A stretch of 63,327 nt of DNA, filler included, from Nitrospinae bacterium RIFCSPLOWO2_12_FULL_45_22 (GCA_001803565.1; 6 parts of 6 records of this genome joined end to end with filler, not necessarily neighbours in it), one strand, 5' to 3'. Shown: positions 51,726 through 61,892, counted from the first letter of the whole stretch. Made by a program: numbers and translations. Notes: a model not told the origin generated them from the sequence alone.

Positions 51726-52868
51726 TCATTTCCCGTATTCTCTATGGTGAAAGAGATTGGGACAGCGCGACTGGAGAGTGAAATTTGCTACTTCCCATCC
51801 ATGCCGATAAACCCGCTCAAACTCATCCTCTGAGAGTCGTCGAAGCGAAGTTTCCAAGTCTGCTACTGTATTCACGCCGCACTCCGACAAGCTATTTTCA
51901 GTAAGAGCAGCGATCTTCTCTTCAGGTATACCCGCCTGCTCTAGAATGTATCGCGCAGTATTTCCCATTCTAAGATAGACCCCGGAATTGCAGTTATCTC
52001 GGAAATGGCTGACAAGGCTACGGGCTCTAAGGCTTCTCACTTGATCCATAGCTATATTCACAAGTCGGAATGCACGCCGATAAAGAGAAGATGGCTTCTC
52101 TATCTCAATACCCTTTGATGCATCACTTACAATGAGGAAATTGTACTCATCACGAAACTTCTCACCTTGGGATTTGAACAGTGCCTCAACGGCTAAGTTG
52201 TCGTATACACCGCCATCCCAAAGATGTATTTTTTTAACCTCCGGCTCGACTGATTCAATCTTTTCCTCTGGATAGTTAACGAACCTGAACCACTTATATT
52301 TGTTAGTTCTCAGAATGATGGGACCAATGAGACCAGGATATGCAGCAGAAGCAGCCATCGCATCCGCTAAAGGAATTGCGGGATTACTCACATAGTTCAG
52401 AATATAGTCTCCCATTCGCTGCGGCATAAAACGCCAGTTCTTGCCGGACTCATAAGAGGTTGCATTTATAATCCAGCGAGGCTCGGTTGGTATATCCCTA
52501 AGAAGACCACACACCTGCCAACAATGCTGAATGCTCTCGGAGAGCAGCTTGGCTTTTCCTTGAATAAGAAACCACGGCTGTGTAAGTAACTTAAATACTA
52601 CATCATGTTGAATATTTGTCTGAGTGAGATAATACCTGGCCTGAGAGAGACTCTTATTAATGAAGGCATCGCTTGTTGGCCATCTATTTCCATAAATGGA
52701 GTAGATCAGGCCGATTCCTAAGCTTCCTCCCGAAACCGTAGAAATAAAGGTTATGTTTTCTAACAGTCCATCAGCGGCTAATCGGCCCAGAACACCAAAG
52801 TGAAATACCGCTGCACGCACACCACCGCCCGATAGGGCGATTCCTATCTTTAGTGTGTCTCTACCCAT
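51726..52868 (-). CDS. patatin-like phospholipase (putative defence effector)
   Basis: ALSGGGVRA, STVSGGS (nucleophile Ser), DGGVYDN. Confidence 0.92.
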   Translation of the reverse strand: MGRDTLKIGIALSGGGVRAAVFHFGVLGRLAADGLLENITFISTVSGGSLGIGLIYSIYGNRWPTSDAFINKSLSQARYYLTQTNIQHDVVFKLLTQPWFLIQGKAKLLSESIQHCWQVCGLLRDIPTEPRWIINATSYESGKNWRFMPQRMGDYILNYVSNPAIPLADAMAASAAYPGLIGPIILRTNKYKWFRFVNYPEEKIESVEPEVKKIHLWDGGVYDNLAVEALFKSQGEKFRDEYNFLIVSDASKGIEIEKPSSLYRRAFRLVNIAMDQVRSLRARSLVSHFRDNCNSGVYLRMGNTARYILEQAGIPEEKIAALTENSLSECGVNTVADLETSLRRLSEDEFERVYRHGWEVANFTLQSRCPNLFHHREYGK

Positions 52869-52944
52869 TACGGTCCCATCTCTCTTTCTAGGTAGTTATT
52901 AACAGGAGGCTGTTTATAACTTTTAACACTCTAAATTGCTATGG

Positions 52945-55188
52945 TCAGAGCATTTGTCCTAGATACCATGCATACTGGCTGCGATCGCCAGTGATTAGCA
53001 TCAATGGGGGAAACCCATCCGCAATCATATTCTCCGCGAGCCACATAAATGCTTTACGATCATCTTCACTCGGCCAGCAACCACAATCATCGGGATGTGA
53101 GTGCCACTCTCCCACATACTCCAGCATTCCTAATGTAATTTGGTGGATTTCATTCATGCGCATCATCAGGCCCTGACACCCACGAATATAGACTGTAGGC
53201 CATTCTTTACTATCCGGTGGTGATGGTAGTGTGTCTAAAACATAAACAATCTTCCGTTGCATATCAAATGAGCCTACTAGCACACCTCCAGTCTCATTGG
53301 GCAATTTGTCAGCACGAGCATTATAGATTTTATTCACCAGCCATTGATCTGTGCATAACATCCAGTCACCAATTTTTTGCTTTATAATCAACTCAGGGTA
53401 AACTCGATTACATTTTACACTCAAGTCACTGGTATCAGCTTGCCATATTATGATACTACAGTTCTCGTCTAAGAGTGTAGTACGCATCGCACGGCTACAG
53501 ATAGCTGCATGTAAAGCGACAAGATCTTGTGGTATGGTACTGCTGATGTCACGACATGAATTGGAGTATCGGATACGGGTATCACTTCTGCGCAAATGTT
53601 GCTCGAAAGCTGGGTTATTGATTAGATGCCGATAGTACTGCATCTCCAGGTAATCGAGAGTTGTATCCCTAGTCGCCCCTTCGGCCAGCATGACCGCATC
53701 AGAACCTGATGGATTGAGAAACATTGAAATACGACGCGCAGACAAATCAATATCACGCGCCAGATGGCGTGCAACTGCTATGCTAGTGGAAAAATCTAAA
53801 ATGACATCAGCTTCTCTAAAAGTATCTTGTATTTTTTCAGTGGATTTAGGATTCAGAATATCTTCAACAACCCCCGTTGCTATAGGTTCCCCTTTGACGA
53901 GTTCATTAGCAATAAAGGCAAGTGCCTCCGACTTAGGGTAACCAACAGCAAAGCCTGGAAGCGCATGGCGTGCAAGATTGTGAGGCAAGAAGTAATCCTC
54001 ATCAATTAAGGTCCATTCGCCATATCCCATCCGAATTAGATTCATAAATACCTGTGAACCCAGTGCACCCAAACCGATAGCTACAATTCTTCTGCCCTCC
54101 CTTTGTGATAAACCATTAAGCTGGATAGCAATATCTCTTGAAAACGAATACGTGGGCTTAAGCAGAAGAATCACCACATTGTTGCCTTGTTTAGTTTGGT
54201 CTATCTCTAATAAGGTGCCCAGTTCACCATCCTTAGTCTCCCAAATCCCAATCTCTTCTCCAATTTCCTTGATGGTGTTTACGCTCAAGAAAGCCCAAAT
54301 ATCCGTTACCTCTACCGTACTCGTTGCCCCCCGCGTCTTAGGGAGAGCCAGAATTACTATAAGCTTAGCATCGAGTATGTCCATATGTGGCTTATTTATT
54401 TGCCAATCGCGCAGACATTTCCGCAACTCCTCCAATAAATCAACCCGAGCCTTAGTCGTAAACTCATGTAGTTCAAGTAAGTTTTTCGGCTGTTTGTAAA
54501 TTATGCCATGAGTCTGAGGAGAGCACTGGATAGCAGTCGCAACATAAGTAGGCTTATTTGGGTCTCTTGATTTACTTTCTATCCGTTCTGCAATAAGGGT
54601 TATTCTATTATTGCCTCCATCTATTGGCTGGATTGTAAGCAGTTCGGGAACCTCGAGGCTATTATTCGAGAACAGGTCAAATGGCACAACTAACTGCCAA
54701 GGAGATCCCATTAATAGGGGCTCTAGCGGCTGGTATTCTCCATGAAGTTTCCCCTTGGCAGTCAATGTCAGCCATTCACGAATGCGCTCAATAAAACGTG
54801 GGGCTGTCCAGCGCAGTTTCAGCTCGCTGTACCTTTCCTCGAATAGGCAAAGACTCCGAGGAAATTCCTGCTCTCTCAAGTTAAGGTGAGGTACTCTTGG
54901 GAAATTATCACGCAGTGCCAATACTTCAGGAGCCATTTTGTCAGCAGGATCAAAAATTACAGCAATACGTTCATCCCGATAAATATCATGAACATTTATT
55001 TGGCCAATTTCGACTTCAGTTTCAAAAACAACAACTTCTGCCTGAATCTGGTCGGCAATTCGTCGGCACTCTAAGAGACGAACAAAAGGCAACCTCTTTA
55101 ATGCACAAACCACCTCCCTTGCCTTAAAGATTCTAAGTTCTTCGGGGGTGATGACCTCACCTGACGGCGGAAGGTAATTAATAGACAT
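52945..55188 (-). CDS. prokaryotic E2-E1(ThiF)-JAB fusion protein
   Basis: E2 FPRVPHLN...SLCLF; E1 GLGALGS, HNLARH, NSCRD; JAB ETGGVL, EWHSHP...PSEDD. Confidence 0.92.
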   Translation of the reverse strand: MSINYLPPSGEVITPEELRIFKAREVVCALKRLPFVRLLECRRIADQIQAEVVVFETEVEIGQINVHDIYRDERIAVIFDPADKMAPEVLALRDNFPRVPHLNLREQEFPRSLCLFEERYSELKLRWTAPRFIERIREWLTLTAKGKLHGEYQPLEPLLMGSPWQLVVPFDLFSNNSLEVPELLTIQPIDGGNNRITLIAERIESKSRDPNKPTYVATAIQCSPQTHGIIYKQPKNLLELHEFTTKARVDLLEELRKCLRDWQINKPHMDILDAKLIVILALPKTRGATSTVEVTDIWAFLSVNTIKEIGEEIGIWETKDGELGTLLEIDQTKQGNNVVILLLKPTYSFSRDIAIQLNGLSQREGRRIVAIGLGALGSQVFMNLIRMGYGEWTLIDEDYFLPHNLARHALPGFAVGYPKSEALAFIANELVKGEPIATGVVEDILNPKSTEKIQDTFREADVILDFSTSIAVARHLARDIDLSARRISMFLNPSGSDAVMLAEGATRDTTLDYLEMQYYRHLINNPAFEQHLRRSDTRIRYSNSCRDISSTIPQDLVALHAAICSRAMRTTLLDENCSIIIWQADTSDLSVKCNRVYPELIIKQKIGDWMLCTDQWLVNKIYNARADKLPNETGGVLVGSFDMQRKIVYVLDTLPSPPDSKEWPTVYIRGCQGLMMRMNEIHQITLGMLEYVGEWHSHPDDCGCWPSEDDRKAFMWLAENMIADGFPPLMLITGDRSQYAWYLGQML

Positions 55189-56305
55189 TAGTTCCCCCAG
55201 CCCTTGGGGCAGGCCGACTTATTATGCCTATACTACCACTGAGAATTGTTTTTCTAAGTGTTGCTTTTGATCCATCTATGGTGATGCGTACTGGTGCGGG
55301 ACTGGATGGCTTGGGATACTCCATAGTTACGACGAAGTCACCCGTAATAGCTGAGGCACGTTCATTATAGTAGTTGGCCGCTTGAGGGTGGGGAGGTTGA
55401 GGATCTTCATAATTCTCCGGTATCCGGTTGCTACTTGATACTAAAATCCCTCTCTCGAAACCCTGCTCAAATAACCATTTTACTTTAGGAAATGGTTCTG
55501 TCTTAACCTCTCCCCTCTTGCTACTCAGTGCCATATAGCTACAATGATGAGGAATATTAAATACATCCCATGCTAGACGCTCGTCTCTCTTATAATACCT
55601 AGTAATATTCACAATATCGGCCAAAATTTCATAAGTTGTGTCCCCGCATATCATGAACCGGGTGACTTTTGCATCATACACAAATGTAGCCTGAAGTATG
55701 AGTGAACACTCATTACGATCAACCAAGTTGCCATCTTTTAGGCGGACAGCAAATGGTGAATGTACAAAGAATTCGACTCCTTCAGATTCCATTGTAAAAC
55801 CTGGGACGAGCTGGCCGGCGTCTGTTATTAGATGCTTGCGGTGTTCCAGTTTTAGACCCTCATTCTCGAGCCACGCTAAGAGTCTATCTGGACGCGAGAA
55901 AACTCTAATTCCTTTGCCAGCCTTCAAGCGGTGTCGGGCCTCGGCACGCAATATCCTGGCTTCACCCTCAAGGTTCTCCTCAATGATCATCGCTGCGGGA
56001 ACCCAAAGTTCAGTAATTTTGATACGATTATCATCTTGATATTTTTTCGCATGTTCCAGGTAAAAAAACTCAGAGGCACCATGAATGTGGTCATCATCGG
56101 CATGAGTGAAAGCTACAACATCATAATAGTCTCGGTTAGCTGCTTTAAGGTCTTCACGGAGAGCGGTTGCTAAGTCAATTCGTAGATCTTCCTCGTCTTC
56201 CGCATTACGATAATGTGCGTAGTCAAAAAGCAGTTTACGCCCACAAGCGAGATCAATCTGACAACAGTCTGCATTCCCGATTGGGAAAAAGGTTAGGGTG
56301 TGCAT
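55178..56305 (-). CDS. metallo-beta-lactamase-fold (ComEC-like) hydrolase
   Basis: IGNADC, THADDDHIHG, CGD, PHHCS; AAGGAGG RBS; overlaps the E2-E1-JAB start. Confidence 0.9.
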   Translation of the reverse strand: MHTLTFFPIGNADCCQIDLACGRKLLFDYAHYRNAEDEEDLRIDLATALREDLKAANRDYYDVVAFTHADDDHIHGASEFFYLEHAKKYQDDNRIKITELWVPAAMIIEENLEGEARILRAEARHRLKAGKGIRVFSRPDRLLAWLENEGLKLEHRKHLITDAGQLVPGFTMESEGVEFFVHSPFAVRLKDGNLVDRNECSLILQATFVYDAKVTRFMICGDTTYEILADIVNITRYYKRDERLAWDVFNIPHHCSYMALSSKRGEVKTEPFPKVKWLFEQGFERGILVSSSNRIPENYEDPQPPHPQAANYYNERASAITGDFVVTMEYPKPSSPAPVRITIDGSKATLRKTILSGSIGIISRPAPRAGGTNVY

Positions 56306-56847
56306 GGGAATCTCCTCCTTTTATGATCCTTGTTTTATCATTTCCTTGCCAGTCATAGAGAATGGCATCCTTAACAGGCAAAATATGTCGTACTAGCTGT
56401 TAATAGCCGAACCAAGGTTCATCTATGCCAGACTCCAGATGGCTAGGGATACTAAACATTTTCCCTTATAACTCGACGACCTTGCCTCCGGAAAGGCTTA
56501 ACGCTTTTGGGGTATACCAAAAAGATTTTTCCCCCTTTCGGAGTTGGGGAATCATCTCAACCCTCTTCAAAAGACTATAAACTACCGGACCTTGCCTTAA
56601 TTTGATTCTACCCCTCCAATTAGCTTATGACCATAAGGATTGGAGCATTTCTCGGTGTCCTTTCCAGGTAGTCTTCTCCAGGATAATTTGATTACCCAAA
56701 GTTTCTTTAAATATGACCATCAATGATCCGGCTCAGAAACTTAAGGCTATAATCCTTCTCCTTACAGCAAAGGGGTTATTAAAGTAGATACACAGAGGTT
56801 ACAAGGATAAGGGAGATAAAGGATAAGCCTTTATAGCTAATAAGGTC

Positions 56848-58977
56848 TTAGTAGTTAGGCAGATGGCCGTTATTGCGGTAGCGGTCGTGCAGCTCCCCTA
56901 TCTTTCCCTTATTCCAACTGCTTATCTTGGTAAAGTAGCCGGTTATACGGGTAATACCATCTACCCGGTCAGAGCCGCATACCGGGCAAGCCGCCCGTAA
57001 GCCACGGGTGGTACGACCACAATTATTACAGGTAGTGAATTCTGGAGAGAAGGCTATCTGGTCGTTGTGGGTATGTTTAAAGGTCTTGCTAACAAAATTG
57101 GCTAGCGAGCCTGGTGAGGGTTTGCTCTCACCTATCCAGATATGAGTGATGGAGCCAGCAGGTATCAGGGGATGGAACATTCCTTCCTGTTTTACACGCT
57201 CGATAGGGTTAATAATAGCCCCGATATTCAAAAGGGTAGAGTTAGTATAGTAGACCTCACCAGCATCCAGATTGCCTTTCACCACCCGGGATATGCCATT
57301 GGAAAGATGCTTCAAATCTAGCTTGGCAAAGCGGTGAGCAGTAGACTCGGCGGGGGTCTGTTCCAGGATAAATCGTAATTTATATTTCTTAGAGAGTTTA
57401 TCCGCTAGAAGCCGCATGTGGGAAATGACTTTTAGGCCAAATTTAAATGCCCCTTCTGACTCATGGAGCTCCTGTCCGGTATGCAACTGAACCAATTCAT
57501 TCAGGCCCACCATACCCATAAGGTGAGTAGCACGACTCAAGCGGAGGTAAGGCTCTCCATCGCGGTTCATAGCCAACATAGCCAGTGGCCCTTCTTCACC
57601 CAAAGACATTAATTGTTCGATAAACCTCCGTTTCTGCTGGTGGGCCTGGGCCATCAGATCCATCAAGGCGGTAATATGGTTAAATAATGCTGTATCGTCA
57701 CCATTTGTTAAATAGCCTAGCCGTGGCAGATTAATAGTCATGTTCTGGAGGGCACAGTAACGCATGCGCCAGGGTTGTTTGGCATCTGCATAGTCCTGGT
57801 TTTCTAATTTAAAGCTCAGCCTGCAACACTGTGATATCTTAGCGGTCTTACCTCGATCAAAGACAAAATAGGTATTACCTTTCTCGCTGGCTACCTGGCA
57901 GATGAAATGTAGGAACTCCTGGTGGCCTGGGGTCTGGAATAATTTGTCCGTAATATGGACCAGAGGTTTGGGGAAGAAGAAGGGTCGGCCCGAGCCATCA
58001 CCTTCTAAATAAACCTCAAACAGGGCCCGGGCAAACTTTTGCGCCTCTTCTTGATAGTCTACATAAGTCTTGCCAGTATACTTACCACCAGGACCTATGG
58101 CCTCTACGCCAGCAAAATGGTCCGGCACCTCCCAATAGATATTGATATCGCTAAAGATGGCCTGACCACCCCGGGCAACGGCCTGTTGCGAAAATTCAAA
58201 TATCAGGATCTGGGCCAGTTGCTTGATATCCCGGTAAGACATGCCTACCAGATAGGGAGCAAAGAAGAGGTTTATAGCATCCCAACCAATAGCCCCAGCA
58301 AAGTTGCTCTGCAAGGCGGCAGCAAACTTCACCATATGGGCCAAGAGTACTTCAGGGTGCTTGGCGGGCCTGGCAATAGAAAGGGCATTGGGCAGATCTA
58401 AACCAAATTTCTTGACATATTCCAACGACTGGCCAGAACAGTAAGGCCGGTCAATAAACCCCATATCGTGAATATGTATATCACCCCGGATATGGGCATC
58501 GGCTGCCTCCTGAGAAAAGACCTTTAATAAGGCATATTCTTTTTTTATACTCTCGGCTAGAGTAAGATTAGTGGCTTCTGGGCCATGAGGTACATTGGCA
58601 TTTTCTTTGTTGGGTTGTAGGATTAATTGATCTACATCATACAAAGGCATTCCTAAACGGGTATGCATGCGCCGGGCCTGCTCCAGCCCATGTTCTATTA
58701 GCTTGGCATCTACCAACTCCCGGATCAGCGGTGCAGTAATAACCTTTATCCCTGATGAAAAAATTTGCTTCTCTACCTCTAAGCTGATCTGGTCTGCCAC
58801 AGTGAAGTCCACACTGGTCTCTCGAATCAAGGCATCTACAATCTTCTGCCGGTCCCAGCCAGCCATATCCTCAGCCGAGGTACGGACAAACAGGGCCAGA
58901 TCAGTAGACTCATTAGTCCTCTTCCTGGGGAAATGTAGAGACCTGTTGGGTTGCAAGGATAAGATTTTTGCCTCCAT
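56848..58977 (-). CDS. nrdD: anaerobic (class III) ribonucleoside-triphosphate reductase with ATP cone
   Basis: ATP cone; GDIHIHD, SQCCRL, TPAEST, CNNC..CPVC, RITGYF glycyl-radical loop; RBS favours the ATG at 58977. Confidence 0.95.
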   Translation of the reverse strand: MEAKILSLQPNRSLHFPRKRTNESTDLALFVRTSAEDMAGWDRQKIVDALIRETSVDFTVADQISLEVEKQIFSSGIKVITAPLIRELVDAKLIEHGLEQARRMHTRLGMPLYDVDQLILQPNKENANVPHGPEATNLTLAESIKKEYALLKVFSQEAADAHIRGDIHIHDMGFIDRPYCSGQSLEYVKKFGLDLPNALSIARPAKHPEVLLAHMVKFAAALQSNFAGAIGWDAINLFFAPYLVGMSYRDIKQLAQILIFEFSQQAVARGGQAIFSDINIYWEVPDHFAGVEAIGPGGKYTGKTYVDYQEEAQKFARALFEVYLEGDGSGRPFFFPKPLVHITDKLFQTPGHQEFLHFICQVASEKGNTYFVFDRGKTAKISQCCRLSFKLENQDYADAKQPWRMRYCALQNMTINLPRLGYLTNGDDTALFNHITALMDLMAQAHQQKRRFIEQLMSLGEEGPLAMLAMNRDGEPYLRLSRATHLMGMVGLNELVQLHTGQELHESEGAFKFGLKVISHMRLLADKLSKKYKLRFILEQTPAESTAHRFAKLDLKHLSNGISRVVKGNLDAGEVYYTNSTLLNIGAIINPIERVKQEGMFHPLIPAGSITHIWIGESKPSPGSLANFVSKTFKHTHNDQIAFSPEFTTCNNCGRTTRGLRAACPVCGSDRVDGITRITGYFTKISSWNKGKIGELHDRYRNNGHLPNY

Positions 58978-59016
58978 TTTCACCTCCTATGGCTAAGCGG
59001 CCCAAAGGCCCATTAA

Positions 59017-59070
59017 ATACTATATCCTGTTGAATGGCAATCATTATACTACTATATCTTGTATTGTCAA
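59017..59070 (-). promoter_or_regulatory. nrdD promoter with tandem NrdR boxes
   Basis: ATACTATATCCTGTTG (59017) and CTACTATATCTTGTAT (59049), 32 bp apart; TTGACA-16 nt-TATAAT on the minus strand (59070-59043). Confidence 0.8.
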
Positions 59071-59323
59071 GGAAAAATTTTTGTCTGTTACGAATTGCTA
59101 AAAAAATGTCTCTACCGAATTCCAGGGGTTGACTTTTGGCGGTTTGCTGCCTAGGAGAAGTAGTTATGATGAGTATAGGTAATGACTCTAGGAATGATTT
59201 GTGGCAGAGATTTTAAATTAATCAGGACGCAGATTTCCTTGGATAGGCGCCGATAAGGGTTTTCTCATATCAGGGTTCGGGGGAACAGGGCTCAGGGATC
59301 GGCTGACCCCTGAGCCCTGACAT

Positions 59324-61123
59324 CTATATCATACGGACACTGGTACTAGCAGCGGATTTGCCAGGCACTTCCGCCCCCCAGAGTTGGTCTATTAAATTCA
59401 AGGCTTTCCCCAGGGCCCCTTCTTTCAAATCACGATAAGAGCGGTAGAAGTTATAACTGGAGCTTTCTTGCGGATACAGGAGTTTATAGGGTGGCCCATC
59501 CTTTTCTCCATTCTTCTCATAAATAAATTTCTTAAAAGGTTCTTGTTTAGGCCCTCGATCGTAAGCAAATAATGAGCGTAACAGCTTTTCCTGGAGAGCC
59601 TTTAACCATACATAGTTGGCCTGGATGACCTGCGAGGGATTGGGGCGGCCAAAGTTTCGCAGGTAACGCTCTTCCAGTTGACGAATCTTTCGCCTAACCA
59701 GGCCGTTAGGGGCAAAGTGTTCACAGGACTTAATAGTAGGATAAAGCTGGTAGCAGGCGTCTCGGTGACGCTCTAGCCGCCCTTCTCTCAATAAGGGGTT
59801 GTTGGAAGCCCGGCAATACTCATACCCATTCAGCTCTATCCGCAACTGCCGCATCAAGCTAGGGCCCCAGGTCTCATAGTATTTCCTATATCCTTCGAGG
59901 ATTAGGCTCTCCAGTTCATGGGGCTCAAAATGTTTATATTTGTAGCCCCCACCATAAAAGCTCTGATCTTCCCACGCTACATCCAGAAGCCTCCCCTCTT
60001 CTTTTAGGCGATACCAGAGGGGTGTCCCGGGATAGGGTGATACCCGGCTGATCTGTTTAGAGACCATCCCTATAGAGATGTAATAATTGAGATCTTCATA
60101 AATGTTTACCCGATCATGAAACTCAAACCCGGCCATCCAACCCCCTGTGCAGGCTATACCTCTCTTATGCAGCTCTTCAATAGTCTCTTTAGCATCACCA
60201 GTCCTCTTATCATACCCTTCCTGCGGGGCAAACTTGGACTCTACGCCGATAAAAGTACCACCAAAACCAGTAAGGACCAACTCATCCCAACCATACTGGT
60301 TGAGGGATTGGACACTGCTAGGGGCAAACCAGTTTAACTTACGCAGGCCAAATTCGGTATCCTCCTGAATAAGCCGGCCTAGTTCTCTTACCTCCTCGGT
60401 ATATTTTAGATAGTCTTCGTCATAAATCAAAACCTGTTGAGTATCAGGCAAGGTGCGGTAAATACGCTTCATCTCCTGGAAGATCTTTTCTGGCTCATAT
60501 AGCATGATACGGGCATTACCATGCATCTCGGTAGTAGCACAAAAATCACAGGCGCTGGGGCAGCCCAAGCCCGCCACAATAAACCCTACATTACCTTTAG
60601 GGTGCCGGTCTAGCCAGGGGAGATTGGAGCCGCAACGGGGCAGGTGGCTCTGTTTGATCGGCGCATCCAGTGGTTCTCCCAATAGTTGCCGGAAAAATTG
60701 CACCCCTTCGCCGATACAGACATAGTCCATATGCTCCTTTTTGAAATCATCAGGGAAAGCCGCATTAAAGGCCAAGGCCCCATAACCACCTAATACAATC
60801 TTACTGCTGGGGGAGAGCCGCCTGACTAGCTTACACATATCCAGGACGATCTCCATGCAGGTAGCAAAGAAGGTGATCCCAACAAAATCATAGCCTTTCC
60901 TTACCTCGGCCTCAAAACCCTCTCGGGTCGGGTATTCCAAAAATACCGAAGGCACAGAGATATTTTGGGCAATGAAATGCACTCCGTGACAATGCATGTG
61001 CCCACTTAGGGTAAAGATATCTTGCCCCTTAGTGAGGCGCTGGCTAGTTAGATCGGTTAAGGAATCATTACAAAACTGGGTGGGGTAAGGTTGGGTAGGG
61101 GTAGTAAAAAGTATCCTGGCCAT
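59324..61123 (-). CDS. cobalamin-binding radical SAM protein
   Basis: N-terminal B12-binding-like domain (VGITF, KIVLGGYG); GCPSACDFC; PYPGTPL. Confidence 0.88.
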   Translation of the reverse strand: MARILFTTPTQPYPTQFCNDSLTDLTSQRLTKGQDIFTLSGHMHCHGVHFIAQNISVPSVFLEYPTREGFEAEVRKGYDFVGITFFATCMEIVLDMCKLVRRLSPSSKIVLGGYGALAFNAAFPDDFKKEHMDYVCIGEGVQFFRQLLGEPLDAPIKQSHLPRCGSNLPWLDRHPKGNVGFIVAGLGCPSACDFCATTEMHGNARIMLYEPEKIFQEMKRIYRTLPDTQQVLIYDEDYLKYTEEVRELGRLIQEDTEFGLRKLNWFAPSSVQSLNQYGWDELVLTGFGGTFIGVESKFAPQEGYDKRTGDAKETIEELHKRGIACTGGWMAGFEFHDRVNIYEDLNYYISIGMVSKQISRVSPYPGTPLWYRLKEEGRLLDVAWEDQSFYGGGYKYKHFEPHELESLILEGYRKYYETWGPSLMRQLRIELNGYEYCRASNNPLLREGRLERHRDACYQLYPTIKSCEHFAPNGLVRRKIRQLEERYLRNFGRPNPSQVIQANYVWLKALQEKLLRSLFAYDRGPKQEPFKKFIYEKNGEKDGPPYKLLYPQESSSYNFYRSYRDLKEGALGKALNLIDQLWGAEVPGKSAASTSVRMI

Positions 61124-61231
61124 ATTTTCTCCTCCTCTGCTTAAAGTAAAGAGTTATACTCCTTATTTGGACGGAAAATAATACCCACTTCCTCGGATAA
61201 GCGGGAGATTTTTATCTCTTTTCATAAGGAT

Positions 61232-61478
61232 CAGACATCTGGAAAATTTGACATAAAATTGCTCATTGGGCATAAGGATTTGCCCCGCTAAGACCTCATA
61301 GTGCATGATGGGAGAGATTAGCATTTCTAACCCATTCATATTACTACAGATATTTACAACAAAAATTAAGTAAGGTGCAAGGAATTATGCCCACTTCAAA
61401 ATTGGCCGTAAACCTTTGTTTTTATAGCCTTTTTGCCATTTTAGCAAAAAAGGCGGAATTCAAATTTCCAGATGTCTG
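61232..61478. mobile_element. MITE or internally deleted IS, 247 bp
   Basis: Terminal IRs CAGACATCTGGAAAATTTGA and TCAAATTTCCAGATGTCTG; 5-bp direct repeat AGGAT on both flanks. Confidence 0.82.
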
Positions 61479-61624
61479 AGGATGGTGCGGTACACTGAAA
61501 AGTGTTGTGTAATTGTTTAGCCTAAATTAGGGTTTTGGCTCCCACTGATCGGTAGGTAGAAATCTTAGTATAGAACTATATCACCCCCTTTATTCCTTCC
61601 GTCTCCTATTGATCTAAGAAGGTT

Positions 61625-61870
61625 TTAGGTCTTTTTGGCCTCCAGGGGTTTCCATCTTAGCCCTTCCAGTTGCTTAGCCAGGGCGGGATTTTCGCCATGG
61701 ACCCAGGCTATAAGGCCGCTATGGCTAGTGATAACCTTATCAAAATTTGGTGAGGTCTCCGGGCTTCCAGTAGCTTGCTTATCACAATAAACCCGTAGCT
61801 TTTCGGTGAAACTAGCCCCGTTAAAATCTTTCAGGAGGTCTTCTAGTTTTTGCTTGTTTATAATTAACAT
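61625..61870 (-). CDS. hypothetical protein
   Basis: 81 aa, purine-rich RBS, directly after metK. Confidence 0.6.
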   Translation of the reverse strand: MLIINKQKLEDLLKDFNGASFTEKLRVYCDKQATGSPETSPNFDKVITSHSGLIAWVHGENPALAKQLEGLRWKPLEAKKT

Positions 61871-61892
61871 GTCTTCTCACCCCTCTTTATTT

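Noticed and set aside
51726-56305. Canonical CBASS or Pycsar call
   Set aside because: No nucleotidyltransferase or cyclase gene is present; the first gene is MBL-fold.
56306-56847. Small ubiquitin-like gene or nrdG upstream of the MBL
   Set aside because: No suitable minus-strand ORF; only short broken frames.
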